Shown one piece after another: positions 53,151 through 64,000 of a DNA stretch of 64,000 nt. A program made the position numbers and the translations under genes. The notes below the pieces were generated by a model. That model was given only the letters and a program-made list of their open reading frames with translations. It was not told the DNA's origin and ran no database searches. Source of the DNA: Octopus vulgaris. Taxonomy: Eukaryota. Every line of letters begins with the position of its first letter. Position 1 is the first letter of the stretch. The stretch spans positions 204,166,001 to 204,230,000 of the forward strand of contig OX597814.1 of assembly GCA_951406725.2 (NCBI GenBank). The letters run 5' to 3'.

Positions 53151-54299
53151 ATTCATGCTCAAATATATTAAGTCATAAGTCATAAGTAATAAAATAATAT
53201 CTTAGGAACTGGCATTTCTGATAGTCCTATTACTGGTTTCAAATTTTAGCACAAGGCCAGCAAGTTCTGGTGGGGCAGATGACTGGAGATATTTCACAGT
53301 GAAAAACTCATATTACCCAGAACAACAACAATAAAATACTGGGAGAAACCTATTTGTTGAAATGTTACTCAGAATGACATGGAGCTTATTGATAAAACCA
53401 AAAGTAAGGGTTAGGTGAAAGTAAGAAAGTAAGAATCTATTGAGAATGGTTGGATTCTTGATATTCTGAGAACACCTCATGAATTATTATAAGTTTTAAA
53501 GATATTCAGGTAAAACAACAGCAACACCAAAGAAAACAATCACAACAACTATGAAACAATAATGACAGCATCAACAGCACAACAATAACAAATATGAAGC
53601 AAGTGCAACAACAACAACAGCAACAGCAACAACTACTAGAACAACAACAACAACATTGATGATGATGATGATAACAACACTATCAATAACATGACAAGTA
53701 GGAAGCAATAACAGCAGCAGCTAAACAATGACAATGATGACAAAAATAACAATGATGATTGCAACAACAACAACAACAATAAAGCAGCAACAACTACCTA
53801 CAACAACCACAACAATAACAACACTGACAACAACGACAACAACAAAATACTGAGAGAAACGTATTTGTTGAAATGTTACTCAGAATGAAATGGAGCTTAT
53901 TGATAAAACTAAAAGTAAGGGTTAGGTGAAAGTAAGAAAATATTAATATGATACTTAAGAGATGAATATTTAAATGTGCTGATAATATCGTTACTGTTAA
54001 CGATATTGGTTACAGATGACTGGAGATATTTCACAGTGATAAACTCGTATTACCCAGACTGTGAGAAAAACCTGACATTTATAGGTGGTGCATTGGCACA
54101 GTTGTTAGGGAATTGGTTAGAGAACCAAATGGTATTTGTTCTGATTTTCTGTACTCTGAGCTCAAATAGCACTGAGATCAAATCCGACTAAAATCCTTTC
54201 AGGATTGATAAAGCACTAGTCCAATACTAGGGTTATTGCTTCTCTATATATTTATGTATGCATACATGTATGTGTATGCATGCACATGTATGCACATGA

Positions 54300-54526
54300 G
54301 TGCATGTATGTATGTATGTATGTATGTATGTATGTATGTATGTATGTATGTATGTATGCATGCATGCATGTATATATGTATATGCATGTATGTATGTATG
54401 TTTGCATGTATGTATGTATGTATGTATGTATGTATGTATGTATGTATGTATGTATGTATGTATGTATGTATGTATGTATGCATGTATGTATGTATGTATG
54501 CATGTATGTATGTATGTATGTATGTA

Positions 54527-54560
<34 letters not shown>

Positions 54561-54614
54561 TGTATGTATGTATGTATGTATGTATGTATGTATGTATGCA
54601 TGCATGTATGTATG
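54300..54614. repeat. (TATG)n microsatellite
   Basis: Seen directly. Confidence 0.97.
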
Positions 54615-55625
54615 TTATTATTTAGTTTTATTTCTAGATTTCTTGCCAATGGAGAAAGAGATGGTTTCTAAACTAGATCCAAGACTCCATTATTGAAATT
54701 TTAAACATCAACAAGGTATTTGCACATGTTTGTGTGTATGCATGCAATATTTGGAATCAGTGAGGGTGGAAAGCTGGCAGAATCACTATCACGCCAGACA
54801 AAATACTTAGCAACATTCTGTCTGTCTTTACTGAGTTCAAATGAAACCAAGGTTGACTTTGCTTTTCATCCTTTCAGGATCAATAAAATAAGTACCAGTT
54901 GAGCACAGAGGTTGATATGATCAACTTTCTCTATACCACCAAAATTTCTGGCCTTGTGCCAAAACTTGAAACCTTTGAGTCAGTGCGTATGCAGATTTGT
55001 ATGTTTTGTTTTGTGTGTGTATTTTCAAGCTTATAGTTGCATATCCAGATATGTGCATATATACTTTAATGCTAAACTTTTGGAAAGTTTTAGATATTTT
55101 GGAAGTTCTATTGATGTGTATCTGTAATCTTCTAATTAGCTTTCTCCTTTCTGATTTTGAGAACCCTAATTTCTCAAGATTGATGTCGAGGCAGTTATCT
55201 GCATCTCCTGGAGCTCCAATAATTACAAGTATTTGGATGCTGTAAATTTCCTAGTAGTTCAATATAAGTGTTTAACTTTTTTACTGATCTTTAGTTTTAT
55301 GTTGACATCTGCTGGGCAACTGATTTCCACCACTGTACATACTTTCTCTTCTCTGTCCCAAATCACAATGTCTGGTTATTTATGTTTGCATTTTATTGAG
55401 GTTTTTACAGGGATATTCCACCAGCACTCTTTCATATTGTGAGTAGTTATGGCCTCTACTACACAGTGGGTTTTTATCTCTTTGGTCTCAAGGTTATCAT
55501 TCTGATGGGTCGTATTGTACAATGTCTTGGCTTCAACTTCATGTCTCAGCAGTAAATAATAATGTGATAACATTTTCAGACAATTGCTTAAGTTATGAGT
55601 GATATCTTTTTGTGTTAAGTCTGTA
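54615..55625 (-). mobile_element. R4/Dong-type RLE retrotransposon fragment with nested SINE B (54762-54975, +)
   Basis: DITHNLSNC (H-x4-C of a zinc knuckle), RHEVEAKTLY, WWNIPV, PDIVIWD, VEISCPADVNIK. The 3'UTR matches 35960-36160 and ends at (CATA)n. Confidence 0.85.
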
Positions 55626-55999
55626 TTAGTTATTACATTTTGATATTATTCCTGCATCTTTGTTCCTTTTGTGTGTTTGTATGTAAGTGTCTACTTGGCT
55701 TGACCTCACATAATAGTTGTAAATAAGCAGCACTGTCAGAGAAGCAGTGTTCTTTGTGTCAAATCTTCTATGAAAACATGTCCAGCCACAGGGAAATGTT
55801 GCATTGCTTGGAAACAGGTGAAGTTTGGTTGCAAGAAGAGCATTCAATCATGCACAAACCAAAGCAGACATTGAAGTTTGGTTCAGTCCTCTGGCTTGCC
55901 AGAGCCAATCAAATTGTTCAGCCCATACCAGCATGGAAACAGGATTAAATGATGATTATGAGGATATACACACATATATGTCTGTCTTTCTTTCTCTCC

Positions 56000-56039
<40 letters not shown>

Positions 56040-56052
56040 ATCTATCTACTTA

Positions 56053-56093
<41 letters not shown>

Positions 56094-57145
56094 GGTTTGC
56101 ACCTGTAATTCAAAGATCAAGCTTACACAAATTGTATCATAATCATTCAGACTGAGTATTACATCATGAGTACTCATGTCTATGCAACACTCAGCCTCTT
56201 CCACATTAATTTCATGAGCTAAAATTCCAGAAGCTCGACAATTGAATATTTATCATCAAACAGTGCTGGAGAATCCATTTATCAAGTTTTTTTTCTTTCA
56301 GATTTACCATTCCACTAACTTATTCTTCAGAAAATTTTGATAACAATATTTTGATAAAAATATTAACTTTGATATCTTTGGTATTAAAAATCTTATTTTT
56401 ATCATATTTTATGATTATTACTTCTTAATATTTGAAATAGCCTCAGGTTGCTAAAATGCTTTAGAAAATATTTAAATAAAAGAAATAAATTACAGATTTT
56501 AAAAGGAAGTAAGCCACTTTATATGCAATCTTCCACCCATTTTTACAATAAGCTCGTTTATATTGTTATTTTTATTATTATTATTATTATTACTTTTGTG
56601 CTCCAAGTGAGCTTTCACAATCTAGCTTATGACATATAATCAGATTTAATCCTTAACTCTATGAAAATGGAATATTCTTACAAAAAAATCTAGAAAAAAA
56701 TATTATAGTGATGATATCATGTAAACAGCAATTTTAATAATGTACGTGTGTGTGCTCATACATATGTGTGCTCATACGTATGTGTGTATGCATATGTGTA
56801 TATATGTATGCATATATGTATATATGTGTAAGTGTATTTGTATGCATTTATGTATCTATATATACATGTATGTATGCATTCATGTATGGATGTTGGTGTG
56901 TATGAATGTATTTATGAGTATGTACATGTATGCATGAATGAGTATGTGCAGGTATACATATATGCTTGTATGTATATGTATGCATGCATATTTGCATATC
57001 CCACAACCCAGAAAAAACCAACCACATAAGGGGGCTGTGGAAAGGGTACAAATTCACGGTAGTACCCCAGCATGGATGCAGCTGAATAGCTGAAATGCAG
57101 TGAACAAACTAAAGAAAGTAGAACTCAAGACATTTGGTAAGAGTT

Positions 57146-57327
57146 ACATGTATTATTGAATATCAATTTGATTCAACTCCATGCAACTTAAAATTTGTTG
57201 GCTTGTAGAATGAACCTGACATGTTGAGTATCTCTCACTATATATACCTGGCAAGTTAGATCTGTTCTACAAGCCTATGGAACTTTAAGTTGTATGGAGC
57301 GATGTCAAACTGTTATTAAATTAATAA
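57146..57327. mobile_element. Palindromic MITE-like element (family of 9314-9488)
   Basis: tttgattcaactccatgcaacttaaa..ggcttgtagaa / ttctacaagcc..tttaagttgtatggag..tcaaa. Confidence 0.7.
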
Positions 57328-57746
57328 TTAACTAGCTGGACCTGTGAAAAATTTATGGAAAACATAAAAAATGTAAGGATTTGTAAAATGTGTGCTGGTA
57401 CCGTGAGCAATGTTTCTATATTGTGATAGTTACAGAATATAGAAAGACATGTAACTATATGTATGATGTAAATATATATATGATGGGCATCTTTCAGTTT
57501 CTGTCTACCAAATTCACCCATGAGGCTTTGGTCAACCTGAGGCTATAGTAGAAGACACTCTTAAAAGTATAGAGTTGAATTTCATGTAGTCACCTGTTGG
57601 CAACTTTTCTTCCTCACCCATTTTGTAGTATTATCCATTTTTCTGGGCTCTGTTCACAGCTATACCCCATTCAAAATTTGCATTAGTTTTTGTATGTCAC
57701 ATGACAAGTACATACAAAAAGAACAAATTGGCATATTAATATTATT

Positions 57747-57812
<66 letters not shown>

Positions 57813-58833
57813 TACACATATATGGCATAGAACCTCCCCAAAACTAGACACGAATATCTAAGCAATATCTAAGCTCAATAAGAATATTTATGAAGAAAAC
57901 CAACAAATGTCAATGTAAGTAATCTCATCAAACCATGAATTCAAAAACATTCTCCACTTTATTAGAATGATACTAAGACATAAAAATCTACAAACAAGCA
58001 TAGCAAGTATGTATTCACATCATCAGCTGCCAAAACAGACATCACTATGGTTTTGACACCTGGGTAGTACTATTCAATCTGACAGTATCAACAGCATTAT
58101 GAACATAAATGCTAACAGGGAATTAAAAGTATTCAGCAGGAGCAGTTCATTAATTGTATGTCCATTATGCCAACACCTGCTAGTTATTATAAACAACAGC
58201 ATCAAAGTAAACAATTAATATTAACTTATAGTTGCAAAACAGTACCTATACAACAAAGAACTTACTCCAAAACAGGACATTGTGTTCCTAAAAATTATAG
58301 TTCAAAGAAACAAGCTAACTAAATATCTTAAGGGAAAAAAGGATTAAAAAAAAAACATTCAACATCTAATACTTGACATGATAACACAAACCCAAGGAAT
58401 AGCAAAACAAGAACTTAAAACATGTAGCCCATACAACAAACATAGACTACTAGATACATTGTTCATCAATCTATATCACATTACAAACACAATACCATGC
58501 CAAAGAGAAGCCTAATAAAAACTAGTGGAGCAGTATATCTCATAGCCAACAACCTCAAATAATGTACAAGGAAAAAGGCAAGCATAGATCAATATCTCTA
58601 AAATATTTTCAATATTACAAAATGAAATAACATATGTATACATGTGTGTGTGTATGTGTGTGTATGTGTGTGTCTGTGTGTGTGTGTGTGCATGCACACA
58701 TGTGTGCGTGTGTGTATGCATGTATGTATGTATGTATCTATCTATCTTAATATCTATGTATGTATATATATCGTCAGTGTATCATATATCCAAAAATGAA
58801 GCACACGCTAAAGTTAGAGCAATAAAGTAGTTA

Positions 58834-59813
58834 CCTGAAGTTAAATATATGTCCGATCATAGAGTGACCAATGCTTTCACATTTATAAAGCATCTAGCTT
58901 TAGAGATGACTAATCAGACTCCAATGGTGACAGCATATAATCTCTCTTCAAACTGGAGGTAGAAAACTGTTACAGTCAGTTAATTTGTAAACCAAAGAAT
59001 ATTATATACTGTCTAAGCCTTAAATGGGAAGGATTATCGCCTTCAGACTGGTCCAGTCAGCAAATCTTATGAACCTAAAGGTTGAACAGGGAATCTCCAC
59101 ACTTAGGTTGGTTCCAGTCTGTAAACAATTTTTACAGCCCTAATTGACAAACAGGGAATCCCACACCTGCAGCATGTGGTGCTTAAAATGCAAGCAGGGG
59201 TTATAGATCTCATGTCTTGTGTTTAAGAGTTCCCAAGTCAAGCAAGCCTTTATAGATGCAAATGGGAGCAGATGAGGCAAGCTTTGCATAGCGGAGCAGG
59301 CAAGGATCCTTGACCTGGAGAGTCTCTTAAACTCAAGTTGTGAGTTCTATAACCCCAGCCCACACTTTAAATGCTATCTGCTGCAGGTGAGGTACTCCCC
59401 ATTCATTGATTAGGACTGCAAAAAATATCTGTAAACTTGAACCAACCTAAGGGTAGAGATTCCCTGTTTGTCCTTTAGATTCATAAGAATTGCTGACCAG
59501 ACCGCTCTTTGTGTAGCATGTGTCAGACATAGCAGTTGGCACTAAACCTAATGGTAAAAAGTACACTTGCATTACGTAAAAAAAAAATGTGTTTATACCA
59601 TTTGCAGTATTCTGTTAACATGGATATCATAACCAGTATATACTATTCTTTTGTTTACAAATTAACTGACTTAAACGGTTTTCTGCCTCCAGTTTGAAGA
59701 GAGGTTATATGTCTGTGGTCATTGGAGTTTGATCAGTCATCTATAAAGCTAGGTGCTTAAATGGATGCAAAAGTATTGGTCACTCTATGACCAGACATAT
59801 ATTTAACTTCATG
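58834..59813. mobile_element. 980-bp fold-back element with TA flanks (Tc1/mariner-type MITE-like)
   Basis: TA|cctgaagttaaatatatgtc ... gacatatatttaacttcatg|TA. Outer arms ~170 bp; inner arms ~59045-59245 / 59308-59505. Confidence 0.85.
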
Positions 59814-60147
59814 TAGAGATAGAAAGATTGATAGATAGATAGAGAGAGAGAGAGGTAGATAGATGGACAGCACAAAATTGGCTCAGGCCTTATGAATGTT
59901 GTTTCTGGATGAATCAACAGAAATATCACATAAAAGTGCCAATGCAAGGGCCATGTAAAAGTACCATGCACACTCTGTAAAGTGGCTGGTGTTAGGGAGG
60001 GCATCCAGCCATAGACATCATACTTAAACAGACAAATGCTGGGAAACTCTCCAGTTGGCCAACTTCTGTCAAACAACCCGACCTATACCAATATGGAGGA
60101 AAGAAGTTAAAAGAGGATGATGATGATGAGAAAGAAAAAGTGAGAAC

Positions 60148-60148
60148 G

Positions 60149-60223
<75 letters not shown>

Positions 60224-60260
60224 CAAATAAACAGACAGACAAACAGACAGATAGACAGAC
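60148..60260. repeat. (GATA)n/(GACA)n microsatellite
   Basis: Seen directly. Confidence 0.95.
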
Positions 60261-61098
60261 AAATATATAGATATACACACACACATACATATATAAAGAT
60301 AACTATTTGTTCATAACATTAAGCATCATACAAGCATATAAAGGAAAGTTTTGGGCAAGCCATAATTTATAACTACTATATTTCAATAACCATCATCATT
60401 TAATATATATTTATGTTGTTATACTTCTGTGTGTATTTCTATTAACTATGTATGTTTCAATAAATATTATTTATTTAGAGACAACAGTTATCATTAACTA
60501 AGTCTATTATTTCAATAAATATACTCACTCTACATAATACACTGAATACCCTTTACTTTTCTCATGAAACCACTTAAAAATCAAATATTTCTTCCTATGT
60601 GATATGACATACCTTGTACCTCCTGGAATAATGTGATATTTTATTAGAATCCTTTTACAATATTGCTTCAGCAACAATTCACTAATAAAAACCAACCATG
60701 CAGATAAATGGAGAAAATTTCAGAGACTAGCTTCACTTGTTGAAGAATTCAAGGTTTTATTAACGAAACCAATCTAATATTTGTAATTTTTATTATCATT
60801 CCCCTTTTTCCCACCACCATTGATTACCAGTGACATTGTGTTATGCTGATACTAACTTTCATCTGAGAGGCATTCCTTTCTCTGTATAAGATACAAGACT
60901 GTTTTAGGATTTGTCCATGAGAGGATATTTAGCTGAGAATTAGGATTAGTATGGTTGAGTGGTTAAGAAGCTTGCTTCCCAACCACATGGTTTGGGGCTC
61001 AGTCTCATTGTGTGACACCTTCTACTATAGTCTAGGGCTGATTATTTTTACATAATTTAGATGACAGTTTATTCACTACACTCTGTATATATGTGTGC

Positions 61099-61144
<46 letters not shown>

Positions 61145-61146
<2 letters not shown>

Positions 61147-61336
61147 AGCTGGCTGAATCGGAGCGATATCAGGATTAATCAGCCGAAATTGCTAAGATGA
61201 TCCGGTTCCCGACTGAAGATTAGAGGCTTCGAATGACCCGTCTGTTTTTTGTGTCGTCTCTTTGTGTGTTTTGCGTTCTTGTCCCCTTTTGTAATTTTTA
61301 TACATATATTATTGCGGCGTAATGTACCCCTTTCTC

Positions 61337-61340
<4 letters not shown>
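61145..61340 (+). mobile_element. Short CpG-retaining repeat inserted in (TA)n; diverged copy at 37060-37170 on minus; possibly Penelope-like
   Basis: cagccgaaattgc..gatga..cggtt..gactgaaga..ggct..gaatgac..gtctgtttt occurs in both copies. Confidence 0.55.
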
Positions 61341-61402
<62 letters not shown>

Positions 61403-61747
61403 TTGAGCGTGGCCGATGCCAGTGCTGCCTGGCTGGCACCTGTACTGATGACATGTAAAAAGCACCATTCAAGCATGACTGATGCCAGTGCAGCCTAACA
61501 GGCACCCATGCTGATGGCACGTAAAAACCACCATTTGAACATGGCTGATACCAGTGCCACCTGACTGGCTCTCATGCCAGTGGGACATAAAAGCGCCCAC
61601 AACACTCTCAGAGTGGTTGGCATTAGGGAGGGCATCCAGCTAAATCAGATTGGAGCCTGGTGCAGCCTCTTGACTTGCCAGTTCTCAGTCAAACTGTCCA
61701 ACCCATACCAGCATGGAAAGTAGACGTTAAACGATGATGATAATGAT
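61403..61747 (+). mobile_element. RTE 3'UTR, three tandem units plus tail
   Basis: Same units as 12905-13100. Confidence 0.8.
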
Positions 61748-61769
61748 ATATATATATATATATATATAA

Positions 61770-62019
61770 ATGCGCCCTTTTTAAAGCCTTCCCAGGCTCG
61801 TGGGCCCAGTTTCCCGGTTTCTATGGCATATGTGTTCCCCAGCTGGATGGGATGCCAGTCCATCATAGCGTTATTCATTTTTGCCAGCTGAGTGGACTGG
61901 AGCAATGTGAAATGAAGTGTTTTGCTCAAGGACACAATGCGTCGCCCAGTCCAGGAATCGAAACCACAATTTTATGATCTTGATGCTGACACCCTAACCA
62001 CTAAGCCACGCGCCTCCAC
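61770..62019 (-). mobile_element. tRNA-derived SINE with V-domain-like segment
   Basis: GGAGGCGCGTGGCTTAGTGGTTAGG...GGTTTCGATTCC head; gatggactggcatcccatccag...agaaaccggg body. Confidence 0.8.
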
Positions 62020-62180
62020 TATATATATATATATATAATTTTGGGAAAACAAATTTCCAAATCAATCATGTACAACCCTTTAGCATTGCATGTACCAGCA
62101 TATCATACAGTGGGGTCTTGATTATCATATGTTTATATATTTATCTAGAAATATACAAAATATATAATAGAAATCAATAA

Positions 62181-62380
62181 TAATTCAGTTTTGGGGATTA
62201 ATAGATATGCGGGTGTGCTATTTCAGATAATACAAAAAAAAATAACCTAATGAGTATATCTGAAGGTAAACTCATCACGTGCAAATAGATACGAGTTTAC
62301 CTTCAGATATACTTATTAGGTAATGTTTTTTTGTATTATCTGAAATAGAATACCTGCATATCTATTAATCCCCAAAACTG

Positions 62381-62385
<5 letters not shown>
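62181..62385. repeat. ~205-bp near-perfect palindrome abutting (TA)n
   Basis: taattcagttttggggattaatagatatgc...ctgaaggtaaactc / gagtttaccttcag...gcatatctattaatccccaaaactgaatta. Confidence 0.92.
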
Positions 62386-62446
<61 letters not shown>

Positions 62447-62646
62447 TCTTTAACTCTTTTATTTGTTTCAGTCATTTGACTGTGGCCATGCTGGAGCTCT
62501 GCCTTTAGTCAAGCAAATCGACCTCAGGACTTATTCTTTGTAATGCTAGTTCTTATTCTATCAGTCTCTTTTGCTGAACCACTAAGTTACGGGGACGTAA
62601 ACACACCAGCATCGGTTGTCAAGCAATGTTTGGGGGACAAACACAG

Positions 62647-62677
<31 letters not shown>

Positions 62678-62833
62678 CGATGGGTTTCTTTCACTTTCTG
62701 TCTACCAAATCCACTCACAAGGCTTTGGTCAGCCCAAGGCTATAATAGAAGACACTTGCCCAAGGTGCCACGCAGTGAGACTGAACCCAGAACCATGTGG
62801 TTCGTAAGCAAGCTACTTACTACACAGCCACTC
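62447..62833 (-). mobile_element. SINE family A, full length
   Basis: Reverse complement of 15918-16362. Confidence 0.88.
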
Positions 62834-64000
62834 ATATATGTATATATAAAATGGCAAGTTCAGGGTGAATAATCCAGGATCCAATCTGATTCCAGTTTAT
62901 AACCTTAGATCATCAAAATTAGAATTTAAATTTACCCCTCTATCCCTCTAGAACTAATATTTAATTACAACAGTAGCCACACATAGAACTTGCATACCAA
63001 CCCAAGACATGTATTTTTGTCTTGTTCTTTTAATACTTTTGAAAAGGAGTCTCTTACACAAAATATCAGGGCCAATTATATATTTCTAAAGTATCTTCTT
63101 AATATCTTTATTATTATTATTATCGTTATTGGTGTCACTGTTGTTGTTGTTATTGATGTTTAATATAACGATTACTGTACCCTTCTACAACCCACTGTTT
63201 TCAACAAATTAAGTTATATATTCATCAGTTTAAACATATTAAGTGAAAAAAAATGATCCAAATTCAGGACTATTCTTCCTTTCATCTCTTCAGAAGAAAC
63301 AAAATATTCAAATTAGATATGAAAACTGCATTTATTAAAGGTGTTTATCTTTATTAGTTTTAGTATTTCTCAGAATATCATACAAGAGAATTACTTACTA
63401 TTTCTGTAACACTAGCAAGAAATTGTTGGAGATACACACTTAAATTTTCTGGTTTCATTGAGCCCAATGTTAGATATTCTACCTTTAATTTCCCATGGTA
63501 GTTGTCTACTTCTTTAGCATGTTTCCACATAGTTCTAATTATGGCAATGCACAGAGACAATTCCAAGTATCTAGAACATTTCTTATATGAAGTACCTAAG
63601 ATTGCAACAAAGAATAAAATATGCAAAATCTACTTCAGGTGAGATGAAGTATTTACCAGAATAATCTCTCTTGTGACAGTTTCTTTTGCCTAAACAAGCT
63701 TTTTTCTTTTTGTTAGTTATTTCTTCATATGACATTAATGAGAAACTCCATTATTTCACAGGCATTATACTTAGTACCAGTAAATGTTCAGAAAGAATTT
63801 TCAGTCAAGAAAATAAATAATCTTTTTGGAACTATTCTGTAGATTTTATTGTAATATATTATTCTCATTTCTTTTTAAACAGAGAATAAAAGATAGGACA
63901 TATATTCTAATTACCGATTCTGCATAGGATATATTTATGTGCAACAACAATGATGCAATATTATCAAATAAAAATATGCAATATATCATTGCTGTTATCA

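Noticed and set aside
63378-63626. 82-aa ORF as a host gene
   Set aside because: TTG start, no recognisable domain or clear splice sites; more likely decayed repeat or chance.

Overview
AT-rich, repeat-dense animal genomic DNA, most likely an Octopus (coleoid cephalopod) intron or intergenic region. This assignment is inferred from the dense (TA)n/(CA)n/(TATG)n/(GAT)n microsatellites and the recurrent tRNA-derived SINE and RTE families. I could not support any intact host protein-coding gene; nearly all listed ORFs are microsatellite or repeat translations. Recognisable content: decayed RTE LINEs (several lineages, one with many 3'-tail copies), a Tx1/L1-type LINE (40.5-43.8 kb), three R4/Dong-type RLE retrotransposon fragments ending in (CATA)n, two mariner remnants, several SINE families, piggyBac-like MITEs and about ten long fold-back palindromes. 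The most interesting signal is a set of minimal hammerhead-ribozyme-like motifs (CUGANGA-stem II-GAAA-short stem III-UH) in short, non-coding, often palindromic AT-rich inserts. These resemble non-autonomous Penelope-like or retrozyme-type elements. Boundaries were read by eye and are approximate.
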